64,000 nucleotides of DNA from Acutalibacteraceae bacterium (lineage in GTDB: Bacteria > Bacillota > Clostridia > Oscillospirales > Acutalibacteraceae), in assembly GCA_045591055.1 (NCBI GenBank), contig JAZNSD010000076.1, forward strand, positions 32,481 to 96,480, in the 5' to 3' direction. This document shows, piece after piece, positions 38,988 to 48,717 of this stretch. The position numbers and the translations under genes are program-made. Below the pieces are notes generated by a model, which ran no database searches, was not told where the DNA came from, and was given only the letters and a program-made list of their open reading frames with translations. Every line of letters starts with the position of its first letter. Position 1 is the stretch's first letter.

Positions 38988-40088
38988 ATGAAAAAATACG
39001 ATTATCTTATTGTAGGAAGCGGTCTTTTCGGTTCGGTTTTTGCATATGAAGCAAGCAAGCACGGAAAAAAGTGCTGTGTTATAGAAAAAAGAGAGCACGC
39101 AGGCGGTAATATTTACTGTGAAAAAACCGAGGGAGTGACCGTGCATAAATACGGTGCACACATTTTTCATACCTCGGATGCACGTGTCTGGGAATATGTG
39201 AATTCTCTTTGTACCTTCAACCGCTTCACAAATTCGCCTATTGCCAATTTCAAGGGCGAAATATACAATATGCCCTTTAATATGAACACATTTTCAAAGC
39301 TCTGGGGGGTTATCACTCCCGACGAGGCAAGGGCAAAAATAGAGGAGCAGAGAAGTGCAGTGAAGGGTGAGCCCCGTAATCTTGAGGAGCAGGCAATAAG
39401 CCTTGTGGGTGAGGATATTTACCGCAAGCTTATTAAGGGCTACACAGAAAAACAGTGGGGCAGAGACTGTAAGGAGCTTCCCGCATTTATAATAAAACGT
39501 CTGCCCGTAAGATTTACCTACGATAATAATTATTTCAACGACCTGTATCAGGGAATCCCCGTTGGCGGATATAATGTTCTCATCGAAAAGCTGCTTGAAG
39601 GTACAGAGGTTATCACCGGCGCGGATTATAATGCCGACAGGGAAAAATACAATTCTCTTGCAGAAAAAATTGTTTATACGGGAACCATAGATTCCTTTTA
39701 TGATTATAAATTCGGAAAGCTTGAATACAGAAGCCTTCGTTTTGAAAATGAGGTTCTTGATACAGATAATTTCCAAGGGGTTGCAGTTGTGAATTATACC
39801 GACCGTGAAACACCCTACACAAGAATTATCGAGCACAAGCATTTTGAGTTCGGCACTCAGGAAAAAACTGTTATCACAAAGGAATATCCTGTTGCATGGT
39901 CAGAGGGTATGGAAGCTTATTATCCCGTAAATGATGACAGAAACTATAGTCTCTACATGAAATATAAAGAACTTGCCGACAACGAAAAAAATATAATTTT
40001 CGGCGGAAGACTTGCAGAGTATAAGTATTATGATATGGATAAGGTTATAGAATCTGCACTGAAGATCACCGACGAAGAATTCAAATAA
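38988..40088 (+). CDS. glf: UDP-galactopyranose mutase
   Basis: It has the FAD-binding N-terminus YDYLIVGSGLFGSVFAYEASKHGKKCCVIEKREHAGGN. Length is 366 aa, with family-typical blocks YGAHIFHT and GRLAEYKYYDMD. Confidence 0.9.
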   Translation: MKKYDYLIVGSGLFGSVFAYEASKHGKKCCVIEKREHAGGNIYCEKTEGVTVHKYGAHIFHTSDARVWEYVNSLCTFNRFTNSPIANFKGEIYNMPFNMNTFSKLWGVITPDEARAKIEEQRSAVKGEPRNLEEQAISLVGEDIYRKLIKGYTEKQWGRDCKELPAFIIKRLPVRFTYDNNYFNDLYQGIPVGGYNVLIEKLLEGTEVITGADYNADREKYNSLAEKIVYTGTIDSFYDYKFGKLEYRSLRFENEVLDTDNFQGVAVVNYTDRETPYTRIIEHKHFEFGTQEKTVITKEYPVAWSEGMEAYYPVNDDRNYSLYMKYKELADNEKNIIFGGRLAEYKYYDMDKVIESALKITDEEFK

Positions 40089-40115
40089 AAGCCGCATTGC
40101 GGAACAGGGGTTTAT

Positions 40116-41177
40116 ATGGAAAAGGATATTAAGATTTCAATAATAATGCCTGTCTACGGAGTTGAAAAATTTGTAGGCAAAGCAATAGAAAGCATACAGG
40201 CACAGACTCTCACCGAGTGGGAGCTTTTTGCCGTTGACGACGGAACAAAGGACTCAAGCGGAATAATCTGTGATGAATATGCAGCAAAGGATCCGAGAAT
40301 AAAGGTTATCCACAAGGAAAACGGCGGTGCGCCTTCCGCAAGAAACATTGCTATCCCCAAGGCACAGGGAAAGTATATGTATTTTATGGATTCCGATGAC
40401 TGGGCAGAAAAAACCATGCTTGAGGATATGTATAAGCTTGCAGAGGAAAACAATGCTCAGTATGTTGTAACAGGCTATTATATCGACACCTATTATTCCG
40501 ATACGGAATATGTTTCTCAGGAGCAGTTTCAGCCCTCCGAGGTTTTTGCCACACAGCAGGACTTCAGAGAGAATGCCTACAGACTTTTTGATTCCAATCT
40601 TCTTTATACCCCCTGGAACAAGCTGTTTTTATCCTCATATATCCACGAAAACGGTCTTTTATTCCCCAATACCTTCTGGGATGACTTCCCCTTTAACCTC
40701 AGTGTTATAAGAGGGGTTGAGAGAGTTGTCGTCTCGGATAAGAAATACTATCACTTTATGAGAGCAAGAGCAGAGAGCGAAACTGCAAAATACCGTCCTG
40801 ATATGTACGCTAAGCGTGAGGAAGAGCACGGCTGGATGACAGATCTTTATAAGGAATGGGGTATTGATGACGAAAACAGCCGCGAATTTCTTGCAAGAAG
40901 ATATATCGAACGCTTTATCGGCTGTGTTGAAAACATAACAAACCCCGGCTGTACCCTTTCTTCAAAGGAAAAGAAAGCCGAGATAAAGAAGATGCTCGCT
41001 AATCCCACGGTAAAATGGAGCCTCGCTAATGCAAAGGCAAAATCAGGCTATATGAAAATTATGCTCATTCCCTACAGAATGAAATCCACTCTTCTCATAT
41101 ATATAGAAAGTAAAACCATTACATTTGTAAAAAGAAGATTCACAAAGCTTTTTGCAAAGCTTAAGGCAGGAAGATAA
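40116..41177 (+). CDS. Glycosyltransferase family 2
   Basis: ISIIMPVYGVEKFVGKAIESIQAQT...AVDDGTKD...FMDSDD. Confidence 0.85.
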   Translation: MEKDIKISIIMPVYGVEKFVGKAIESIQAQTLTEWELFAVDDGTKDSSGIICDEYAAKDPRIKVIHKENGGAPSARNIAIPKAQGKYMYFMDSDDWAEKTMLEDMYKLAEENNAQYVVTGYYIDTYYSDTEYVSQEQFQPSEVFATQQDFRENAYRLFDSNLLYTPWNKLFLSSYIHENGLLFPNTFWDDFPFNLSVIRGVERVVVSDKKYYHFMRARAESETAKYRPDMYAKREEEHGWMTDLYKEWGIDDENSREFLARRYIERFIGCVENITNPGCTLSSKEKKAEIKKMLANPTVKWSLANAKAKSGYMKIMLIPYRMKSTLLIYIESKTITFVKRRFTKLFAKLKAGR

Positions 41178-41203
41178 ATCCCCTTCGTATTATATAAAAG
41201 GAG

Positions 41204-42757
41204 ATGCAAGAAGTGAATTTGCTTAAGAATGAAAAACTATATTCGGGCATAAAGCTCGGTTATATAATAACCGTTATTATTTACTCTCTTGCCCGTCAGA
41301 ATATTACAGCCCTCCAGCCCTATCTTATGAGCGACCTGCTTAATGTTGCGGTTATGGGTATTGCGGCACTTCTTGTGCTGTGGGATGTTGTTATATTCAG
41401 AAATATATGGAAAACAAAATACATATGGCTTCTCGGTGCTTTCGGTGTGCTGACGGTTATCTCGTCTCTCATCGGCTTTAAGTACGGCTATGTTGAAAAC
41501 GTGAAAGCCATTGTGACATTGTTTATTCAGTTCTGTCTTATTTATGTAGTAAGCATTAAAAAGGACAGACAGGGACTTAAAAATGATATCCGCATCATAG
41601 GAAACGCAACAGGTATTTTCTGGTTTATTGCTTCGGCAATATCCGTATTTATGTATTTTGCGGATATTTCATACACTCAGAACAGATATCTCTGGGGCGA
41701 AACCTCCGAAATCGTTCAGGGCTTTGTACGTGAGCATTACGGTGCTGTTGTTATGCGTCTGTGGGGTATCTTTGTTGATCCTAATTTTGCATCCGCTATC
41801 TGTATTGTCGTGATTGCCTTCAGCCTTTTTGTTATATTCAACTCAAAGAAAAAAGCTGAAAAAATATTCCATATTGTAAATATTATCTGTCAGTATATCT
41901 ATATAGTTCTTTCGAATTCAAGAATGGGACTTCTTATTCTCTGCCTTGCCGTTTTTGCGGGCGGATGGTATTATGCTTTTGTACTTACGGATAAAAAGAA
42001 GCTGAATATTTTTGTAAAGGAAATAATTTCCGTCGCCCTTGCAGTTATCTGTGCAGGGGGCTGCTATCTGTCCGTACAGCTTACGAAAAAGGTGCTTCCC
42101 TATACAAGATATGCTATTGAGCTTGTAAGCGAAAGCTTTTCCGGGGAGGAAACCACACTTCCCCCTGCTGAGGAAACCTCATCTTCCCAGGAGGGCACCA
42201 CCTCAGAGAGTGAACCCGGAGCAGAAGAGACCACAGCTTCCGAAGAGACCACAGCTTCTGAGGAAGCCACCACCTCAGGTGCGCCTCAGGTGGAAAATCT
42301 TGACAGACAGGATGTTGTTGTAAAATCAGACGTATCAAACGGCAGATTCAACCTCTGGAAGGAGGGGCTTGTTACCGTTTTCAAGGGTAATATGCTTTTC
42401 GGTGTAGGACCGAGAAACTATCACACCGTAGCAAAGCAGGTTGATCCCACCACAAGAATATCCACAGGCTATTCAATTCATAACAGCTTTATAGAGCTTC
42501 TTATGGGTAACGGTATTGCAGGTACGCTTGTTATGCTTTTGTTCCTTGTGCTTTCAGCAAAGGATGCAATTGTTGCCAGATATAAAAACAAGAGCAAGGC
42601 AAAGGATGCGGGCATTCTTATGCTGGGCGTGCTGAGTCTTCTTGCCTGCGGTATGTTTATTGCCTGCCTTTTTTATACACTTTCAGGGGCAACAATAATA
42701 ATGTTCCTGCTTCTGGGCTATGCAGTCAGAATCTGCAATCTTAAAGAGGAGCAGTAA
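41204..42757 (+). CDS. O-antigen ligase/polymerase (Wzy_C)-like polytopic membrane protein with a Ser/Thr/Glu-rich loop
   Basis: It has many TM helices, including an SNSRMGLLILCLAV block. The loop is EETTLPPAEETSSSQEGTTSESEPGAEETTASEETTASEEATTSG. The GTG at 41213 is an alternative start with better RBS spacing. Confidence 0.65.
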   Translation: MQEVNLLKNEKLYSGIKLGYIITVIIYSLARQNITALQPYLMSDLLNVAVMGIAALLVLWDVVIFRNIWKTKYIWLLGAFGVLTVISSLIGFKYGYVENVKAIVTLFIQFCLIYVVSIKKDRQGLKNDIRIIGNATGIFWFIASAISVFMYFADISYTQNRYLWGETSEIVQGFVREHYGAVVMRLWGIFVDPNFASAICIVVIAFSLFVIFNSKKKAEKIFHIVNIICQYIYIVLSNSRMGLLILCLAVFAGGWYYAFVLTDKKKLNIFVKEIISVALAVICAGGCYLSVQLTKKVLPYTRYAIELVSESFSGEETTLPPAEETSSSQEGTTSESEPGAEETTASEETTASEEATTSGAPQVENLDRQDVVVKSDVSNGRFNLWKEGLVTVFKGNMLFGVGPRNYHTVAKQVDPTTRISTGYSIHNSFIELLMGNGIAGTLVMLLFLVLSAKDAIVARYKNKSKAKDAGILMLGVLSLLACGMFIACLFYTLSGATIIMFLLLGYAVRICNLKEEQ

Positions 42758-42783
42758 GCCTTGAATACAATAGGAGAAAGAAT

Positions 42784-43836
42784 ATGAATCCTGTATTATC
42801 GGTTATTATTCCCGTGTATAACGGAGAAAAAACACTTGAAGCGGCTATAGAAAGCGTTCTGGGACAGACTCTCGGAAATATAGAAATTATTATAGTGAAT
42901 GACGGCAGCCATGATGCTACTGCCTCCATAATTGAAAAATACAAGGCAGCCGACCCGAGAATTGTTTTTATCAACAAGGAAAAGAATGAGGGGCTCAGTG
43001 CTGCAAGAAATTCAGGTATGAAGAAGGTGACCGGTGAATATTTCACCTTTCTTGATGCCGATGACCGTCTTGAGGCGGACGCTTATGAAAGAATGACGGC
43101 AGCCGGAAACGGTGCCGAGATAATTGTAAGCGGCTTTTATCATGATACGCTTAATCCTGACGGATGTCTCAGCGTTTCGGTTGAGGATGTGACAGGAGAA
43201 ACACTTACGGTCACGGATAAAAAAGAGATTCTTGAAAAGGTTGCATTTCTTGACAAAAAGCGTCTTTTTGCTTTTACCTGGAATAAGCTTTATAAAAAAT
43301 CCTTTATTGACTCCACCGGTGTTGTTTTTGAGAATCAGACCCTTATTGAGGACTATCTTTTCAACTGCAAGGTCTTTGATAAGGCTTCATCACTTTCACT
43401 TGTTGACGGATGCATTTATCATTATATAAAATTCCTTACGGATGCTCTCACCCAGAGATATCTTCCCGACTATTTTGAAATAATGAATAAGCGCTATGCT
43501 CTTATGAAGGATATGTTTGAAAGGGGCGGACTTTTCGAAGGTGAAAACCGTGAGATAATAAGCAATATGCACATAAAGCATATTGTGTCAGGCTTTGTGA
43601 AAAACTGCAGTGAAAAATCGGGACTTTCTTCCTCTGAACAGAAGCAGGTAATAAAGTCGATGCTTTCCGATGAAAGCTGTCTTCAGGCTATGAAGCATGC
43701 AAAGGGACAGAGAAAGCAGGAGATACTGTGTAATGCGGTATTTTCCACTAAAAGTGTGTTCCTGAATTTTACTCTGGCAAAGGTTTTATATAAGATGCAG
43801 AATTCAAAAAGCAATCTCTTTGACAGACTCAAATAA
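42784..43836 (+). CDS. Glycosyltransferase family 2
   Basis: LSVIIPVYNGEKTLEAAIESVLGQT...VNDGSHD...FLDADD. Confidence 0.85.
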   Translation: MNPVLSVIIPVYNGEKTLEAAIESVLGQTLGNIEIIIVNDGSHDATASIIEKYKAADPRIVFINKEKNEGLSAARNSGMKKVTGEYFTFLDADDRLEADAYERMTAAGNGAEIIVSGFYHDTLNPDGCLSVSVEDVTGETLTVTDKKEILEKVAFLDKKRLFAFTWNKLYKKSFIDSTGVVFENQTLIEDYLFNCKVFDKASSLSLVDGCIYHYIKFLTDALTQRYLPDYFEIMNKRYALMKDMFERGGLFEGENREIISNMHIKHIVSGFVKNCSEKSGLSSSEQKQVIKSMLSDESCLQAMKHAKGQRKQEILCNAVFSTKSVFLNFTLAKVLYKMQNSKSNLFDRLK

Positions 43837-43863
43837 TTTTATTTCTTTTACGGAGAAAATATT

Positions 43864-45057
43864 TTGGACAGAATCAAGAGAATTTTACTTAAGAATAAAA
43901 GGCTCACAAGGACGGCTTTGCTTGTAAAGCGTATGGTCGTCCGTGTTATTATGCACGCTCTGAGCGTGAAGCCCATAGAAAAAAACAAGGCTGTATTTAT
44001 CAATTTCTCGGGCAGGGGCTTCGGAGATAATCCCAAGGCTGTTGCGCTGAGCTTAAAGGAAATGTATCCCGGCATTGATATTGTGTGGGCAACAAAGGAG
44101 GGCTCGGAAAAAAGCCTTCCCGAGGGAATAAGAAGTGTTCCCTATCAGTCGCTTTCATTCTATAAGGAAATGGCAACGGCAGGTGTCTGGGTGAATAACT
44201 GCAGAATGAATGCGGAGATCATCAAGCGTAAGGGACAGCTTTATATCCAGCTGTGGCACGGCGGTGTACCCCTTAAAAAGATTGAAAGGGATACTGAAAA
44301 AACTCTTGAGAAAACTTATATAGAGCACGCGAAATACGATTCATCCCTTGTGGATATCCTTATTTCCGGCTGTGATTATTTTTCGGATATCGTGAGAAAT
44401 TCCTTCTGGTATCAGGGAGAGGTGCTTGAATGCGGCACTCCGAGGCTTGATTCCATGTTCAGCGTTTCAGAAGAAAAGAAGCAGGAAATAAGAAGGGCGG
44501 CAAATCTGCCTCAGGATAAAAATGTCATACTTTATGTGCCTACCTTCAGAGCAGATTTTTCCACCGATTGCTATAAAATAGATTTTGACGCCGTGCTTAA
44601 GGCGCTTTCGGATAAAACAGGTAAAGAATGGGTTTTCGGCGTGCGTCTTCATCCCAATATGGCGGATAAGGCAGATTTTATAACCTATTCGGATAATATA
44701 ATAAATATTACAAAATATCCCGACCTCTATGAGCTTCTGCCCTGTGCGGATGCTGTGGTGAGCGATTATTCAAGTGTCATCTTTGAAGCAGGTATGCTTG
44801 AATGCCCCGTTTATCTTTTTGCCACGGATATTGAAGAATATATGAAGGACAGGGAGCTTTATTTTGATATACATTCCCTTCCCTTTATACTTGCGGAGAA
44901 TAACAGTGAGTTTATTGAAAAGATAGGTCTTTTTGATGAAAAAGTATATAATTCTCAGCTTAAAGAATTCAACAGAAAAATGAATTACCACGAAAAGGGC
45001 AATGCCTCAGAAAGCATTGCGGAAAGGATAATTCAGCATATTGAAAATGGAAAATAA
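43864..45057 (+). CDS. CDP-glycerol glycerophosphotransferase family protein (TagB/TagF-like)
   Basis: YIQLWHGGVPLKKIERD, ILYVPTFR and SDYSSVIFEA are characteristic blocks. TTG start after GGAG. Confidence 0.75.
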   Translation: MDRIKRILLKNKRLTRTALLVKRMVVRVIMHALSVKPIEKNKAVFINFSGRGFGDNPKAVALSLKEMYPGIDIVWATKEGSEKSLPEGIRSVPYQSLSFYKEMATAGVWVNNCRMNAEIIKRKGQLYIQLWHGGVPLKKIERDTEKTLEKTYIEHAKYDSSLVDILISGCDYFSDIVRNSFWYQGEVLECGTPRLDSMFSVSEEKKQEIRRAANLPQDKNVILYVPTFRADFSTDCYKIDFDAVLKALSDKTGKEWVFGVRLHPNMADKADFITYSDNIINITKYPDLYELLPCADAVVSDYSSVIFEAGMLECPVYLFATDIEEYMKDRELYFDIHSLPFILAENNSEFIEKIGLFDEKVYNSQLKEFNRKMNYHEKGNASESIAERIIQHIENGK

Positions 45058-46306
45058 AAAGACAGTTCTTATGAAAAATACGGTGATGCTGTATGTGCTG
45101 ACCTTTTCCAACTATCTGTTCGGTCTCATAACGGTACCCTATCAGACACGTATACTTTCTCCGGAGGTATACGGAGTGGTAAGCTTTGCACAGGCTTTTT
45201 CCGTTTATATACAGCTTATCCTTGATTTCGGATTTATTCTGTCTGCCACCGAGGATGTGGCAAAAAACAAGGATGATAAGAATAAGCAGTCTCAGATTCT
45301 TTCCGCCGTTATATGGTGTAAGATAATTTTAGGACTTCTTTGCTTTGCCGTGGTATCGGTGCTGTGCTTCAGCGTTGAACGCTTCAATGCAAACATTCTG
45401 CTTTTCCAGCTGTTTTTCTTTTCAACGCTGTTCAATTCCTTCCTGCCCGATTTTTTGTACCGCGGAAACGAAAAAATGTCTGCTATCACCTTCAGAACGG
45501 TTGCGGTAAAGCTGTTTTTCACCGTATGTATATTTGTATTTCTTAAAAATAAAAATCAGAGCTTTCTCATCCCACTTTTCAATGCCTTGGGTGCGGTAGG
45601 AAGCTGTGTATGGACATATTCTGATGTATACCGTAAGCTGGGAGTTAAATTCTGCAGGGTGTCTCCCTCTTATGTGTGGGAAACCCTCAGACGCTCGGCA
45701 GGATTTTTCGTTTCACGTATTGCCTCAACAGTATACGGTGCTGCAAATACGCTTATTCTCGGCTTCTGGTTCCCTGAGGGCAGCGCCATGCTGGGATATT
45801 ACACCTCCGCTGAAAAAATTATGACGACCGCCAAGAGTGCATTTTCGCCTATTGCGGATTCTCTTTATCCCTATATGGTAAAAAACAAGAATTACAGGCT
45901 TGTAAAAAAGATAATGCTTGTGCTTATGCCTCTTGTTTTTGTCGGCTGTGTAATTCTGTGGATATTTGCAGAGCCCTTCTGCGTATTGTTCTTAGGTAAG
46001 GAATATGCAGCCTCTGCAGAGATATTCCGTGTGTTTATCCCCGTAATTCTCATAACCCTGCCGAATTATATTTTCGGCTTCCCGATACTCAGTCCTATGG
46101 GACTTGCAAAATATGCAAATATTTCCGTGGTTGCCGGTGCCGTGATTCACGCCGTTCAGCTGCTCATACTGTTTGTCAGCGGCAGAATGGATGCCGTGAG
46201 CGTAGGAATCGCAACCTGTATTACCGAAGCGGTAATTCTTATATTCAGAATCTCAGTTGTAATTATTCATAACAGAAAAAACAAAAATCAGAAGACCACT
46301 GATTGA
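45047..46306 (+). CDS. Oligosaccharide flippase (Wzx, MOP superfamily)
   Basis: About 419 aa with 12-14 TM segments. Its start overlaps the end of the TagF-like gene; a TTG at 45041 is also possible. Confidence 0.75.
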   Translation: MENKKTVLMKNTVMLYVLTFSNYLFGLITVPYQTRILSPEVYGVVSFAQAFSVYIQLILDFGFILSATEDVAKNKDDKNKQSQILSAVIWCKIILGLLCFAVVSVLCFSVERFNANILLFQLFFFSTLFNSFLPDFLYRGNEKMSAITFRTVAVKLFFTVCIFVFLKNKNQSFLIPLFNALGAVGSCVWTYSDVYRKLGVKFCRVSPSYVWETLRRSAGFFVSRIASTVYGAANTLILGFWFPEGSAMLGYYTSAEKIMTTAKSAFSPIADSLYPYMVKNKNYRLVKKIMLVLMPLVFVGCVILWIFAEPFCVLFLGKEYAASAEIFRVFIPVILITLPNYIFGFPILSPMGLAKYANISVVAGAVIHAVQLLILFVSGRMDAVSVGIATCITEAVILIFRISVVIIHNRKNKNQKTTD

Positions 46307-46320
46307 TGGGAGAGAAAGAT

Positions 46321-47025
46321 ATGAAAGCACTTATTCTTGCTGCGGGCTTCGGCTCAAGACTTGCACCTATTACCGACAATTGTCCCAAATCCCTTGTGCC
46401 CGTAAACGGAAAGCCTATTCTTATAAAGCAGATTGAAAATCTTCTTGAAAACGGCATTGAGGATATTACTGTAATAAGCGGATATAAAGCAGAAATTCTC
46501 GAAAAGGCCGTAAAGGAAAAATTTGAAGGTGTGAAAATAATCAATTCCGTTGATTATGCCACCACAAACAATATGTATTCCGCATATCTGGGAAAGGAAA
46601 GCTTTTACGGAGAAGATTTCCTTATGATGAATGCCGATGTTTTCTTTGATGCCTCTGTTATAAAGGCTCTTCTTGCCTTTGAGGGACGAAATGCAATTGT
46701 TACTGATATAGGCACCTATATGGAGGAATCCATGAAGGTTATTGAAAAGGATTCAAGACTTGTTGAAATTGCAAAAACAGTAACCGAAGAGGATGCTCTC
46801 GGCTGTTCAATAGATGTTTATAAGTTCTCATCCGAGGGCGGCAAGGCATTCTTTGATAAATGCCGTGAATACATCGAAGAAAAGGAAGAGCTAAAAAAGT
46901 GGAGTGAGGTTGCCCTCAACGACATTCTTTGCGATGTTGTTTTTGAAGCCTGCCCTCTTGACGGCAGATGGCTTGAAATAGACAACCACGAGGACCTCGC
47001 TGCTGCAGAAAAATTGTTTGCATAA
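46321..47025 (+). CDS. LicC-like nucleotidyltransferase (phosphocholine or sugar-phosphate cytidylyltransferase family)
   Basis: The N-terminus MKALILAAGFGSRLAPITDNCPKSLVPVNGKPIL has the G-x-G-x-R-L signature. Start set at the ATG after GGGAGAGAAAG. Confidence 0.7.
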   Translation: MKALILAAGFGSRLAPITDNCPKSLVPVNGKPILIKQIENLLENGIEDITVISGYKAEILEKAVKEKFEGVKIINSVDYATTNNMYSAYLGKESFYGEDFLMMNADVFFDASVIKALLAFEGRNAIVTDIGTYMEESMKVIEKDSRLVEIAKTVTEEDALGCSIDVYKFSSEGGKAFFDKCREYIEEKEELKKWSEVALNDILCDVVFEACPLDGRWLEIDNHEDLAAAEKLFA

Positions 47026-47026
47026 T

Positions 47027-47054
47027 AAAAAGCCCGTGAGTGCGGGCTTTTTTT
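47027..47054 (+). terminator. Rho-independent terminator
   Basis: AGCCCG-TGAGTG-CGGGCT followed by T7. Confidence 0.8.
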
Positions 47055-47184
47055 GTTGCAGAAAAACTGAAATGTTGCAGATTGACAAAAATATTATTGA
47101 ATGACTATAATATGTGCATAGAGTTTTTATTCATAGTAGAAGTTGTTCAGGAATTTTCTGTTCTTTTTTTGAAAGGAGATATTT

Positions 47185-48270
47185 ATGAAAATTACAAAGA
47201 TCGTTGTAACAGGCGGGCCCTGCGGGGGGAAGTCTACGGGGCTTAAGTGGATTGAAAAGGCATTTTCTGATATGGGCTATAAGGTGCTTTTTGTTCCTGA
47301 AACCGCAACGGAGCTGATCTCAGGCGGTGTTGCCCCCTGGACTACGGCTTCAAATGCCGAATTTCAGAAATGTGTTATGTCCCTTCAGCTGAAAAAAGAA
47401 GAGGTGTTCACCCTCGCTGCAAAGGGTATGGATGCGGATAAGGTGCTTATCGTCTGTGACAGGGGTGCTGTTGACAATAAAGCCTATATGACAGATGAAG
47501 AATACACCGGAGTGCTTGAATTCGTGGGCAGAAACAGATTTACTCTCCGCGACAGCTACGATGCAGTTTTCCATCTCGTGACCGCCGCAAAGGGTGCGGA
47601 AAAATTCTATACCACGGATAATAATTCAGCACGTACCGAAACCATCCCTCAGGCTGCCGCTCTCGATGACAAGCTCATAAGTGTGTGGACAGGCCATCCC
47701 CATTTAAGAATAATTGATAATTCAACGGATTTTGAGGGAAAAATGAAAAGGCTTATCGCTGAAATTGCTTCATTTTTAGGTGAGCCCGAGCCCCGGGAAA
47801 CAGAGCGCAAGTTTCTTATTGAATATCCTGATATAAACGGGCTTGAAAATAATCCCTTGTGTGAGAGCGTGGAAATCACTCAGACTTATATTCTTGAAGA
47901 GGGCGCAGATGAGTGCCGTGTGAGAAGAAGAGGCAAGGACGGAGAGTTTGCTTATTTCAAAACCTCCAAAACAAAAATATCCGATATCAAACGCACGGAA
48001 ATTGAAGACAGAATATCCGAAGAAGAGTACAATTGCTTACTCTCAAAGGCTGATCCCGGAAGAAATGAAATCAGAAAAACAAGATACTGCCTTGTAAGTG
48101 ACAATCAGTATTTTGAAATCGATATATATCCCTTCTGGAATGATAAAGCCATTATGGAAATTGAGCTTACAGACGAATCGCAGGAAATTATTTTCCCGAA
48201 AAACATAAAAGTTATAAAAGAGGTCACCGAAGACGATGAATACAAAAATTCATCGCTTGCAAAAAAATAA
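47185..48270 (+). CDS. Fusion protein: P-loop NTPase (AAA_28/NadR-kinase-like) plus C-terminal CYTH (triphosphate tunnel metalloenzyme) domain
   Basis: Walker A is GGPCGGKST at the N-terminus. The CYTH ExExK signature appears as ETERKFLIEYP around residue 205, followed by beta-rich segments (RVRRRGKDGEFAYFKTSK, RKTRYCL, YFEIDIY). Confidence 0.65.
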   Translation: MKITKIVVTGGPCGGKSTGLKWIEKAFSDMGYKVLFVPETATELISGGVAPWTTASNAEFQKCVMSLQLKKEEVFTLAAKGMDADKVLIVCDRGAVDNKAYMTDEEYTGVLEFVGRNRFTLRDSYDAVFHLVTAAKGAEKFYTTDNNSARTETIPQAAALDDKLISVWTGHPHLRIIDNSTDFEGKMKRLIAEIASFLGEPEPRETERKFLIEYPDINGLENNPLCESVEITQTYILEEGADECRVRRRGKDGEFAYFKTSKTKISDIKRTEIEDRISEEEYNCLLSKADPGRNEIRKTRYCLVSDNQYFEIDIYPFWNDKAIMEIELTDESQEIIFPKNIKVIKEVTEDDEYKNSSLAKK

Positions 48271-48275
48271 AGAGT

Positions 48276-48309
48276 TCCCGGCTTCGGTAATCCGAAACCG
48301 GGATTTATT
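48276..48309 (+). terminator. Hairpin terminator
   Basis: TCCCGGCTTCGG-TAAT-CCGAAACCGGGA followed by TTTATT. Confidence 0.6.
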
Positions 48310-48717
48310 GTATCCGCAGGTATTCTGTTGTGTATTCTTCTGAGAAGCAGGCAGAAAATCACATCTACACGGAAAAACTTTGGAATTTATAAATACTGCC
48401 GTTAATGCATTGTGTTTTGCACTTGGTATGACTGCCCCGTGCCATTTTTTCTTGTGGTTTTTTTCGCTTGTTGTGGAAGAATCTTTCGCAGGCAAGCGGC
48501 GAATAAATGTGTCATAGGCGGTATACAGCGATATGTGTGACTTTGTCACCTAAAAACTATGCCTTTCAGGGAAAGGTTAATGTACACTTTAAACCGGCAC
48601 TTGCGTACCAACATCATTTCCGCATCTTTTCGTAAAGAACCGAAAATTTCAGGTATACCACACCTTTAAGAGTTTTTTATGATACAGGAAAAAATATGGT
48701 TCGGATAACAAAAATTA

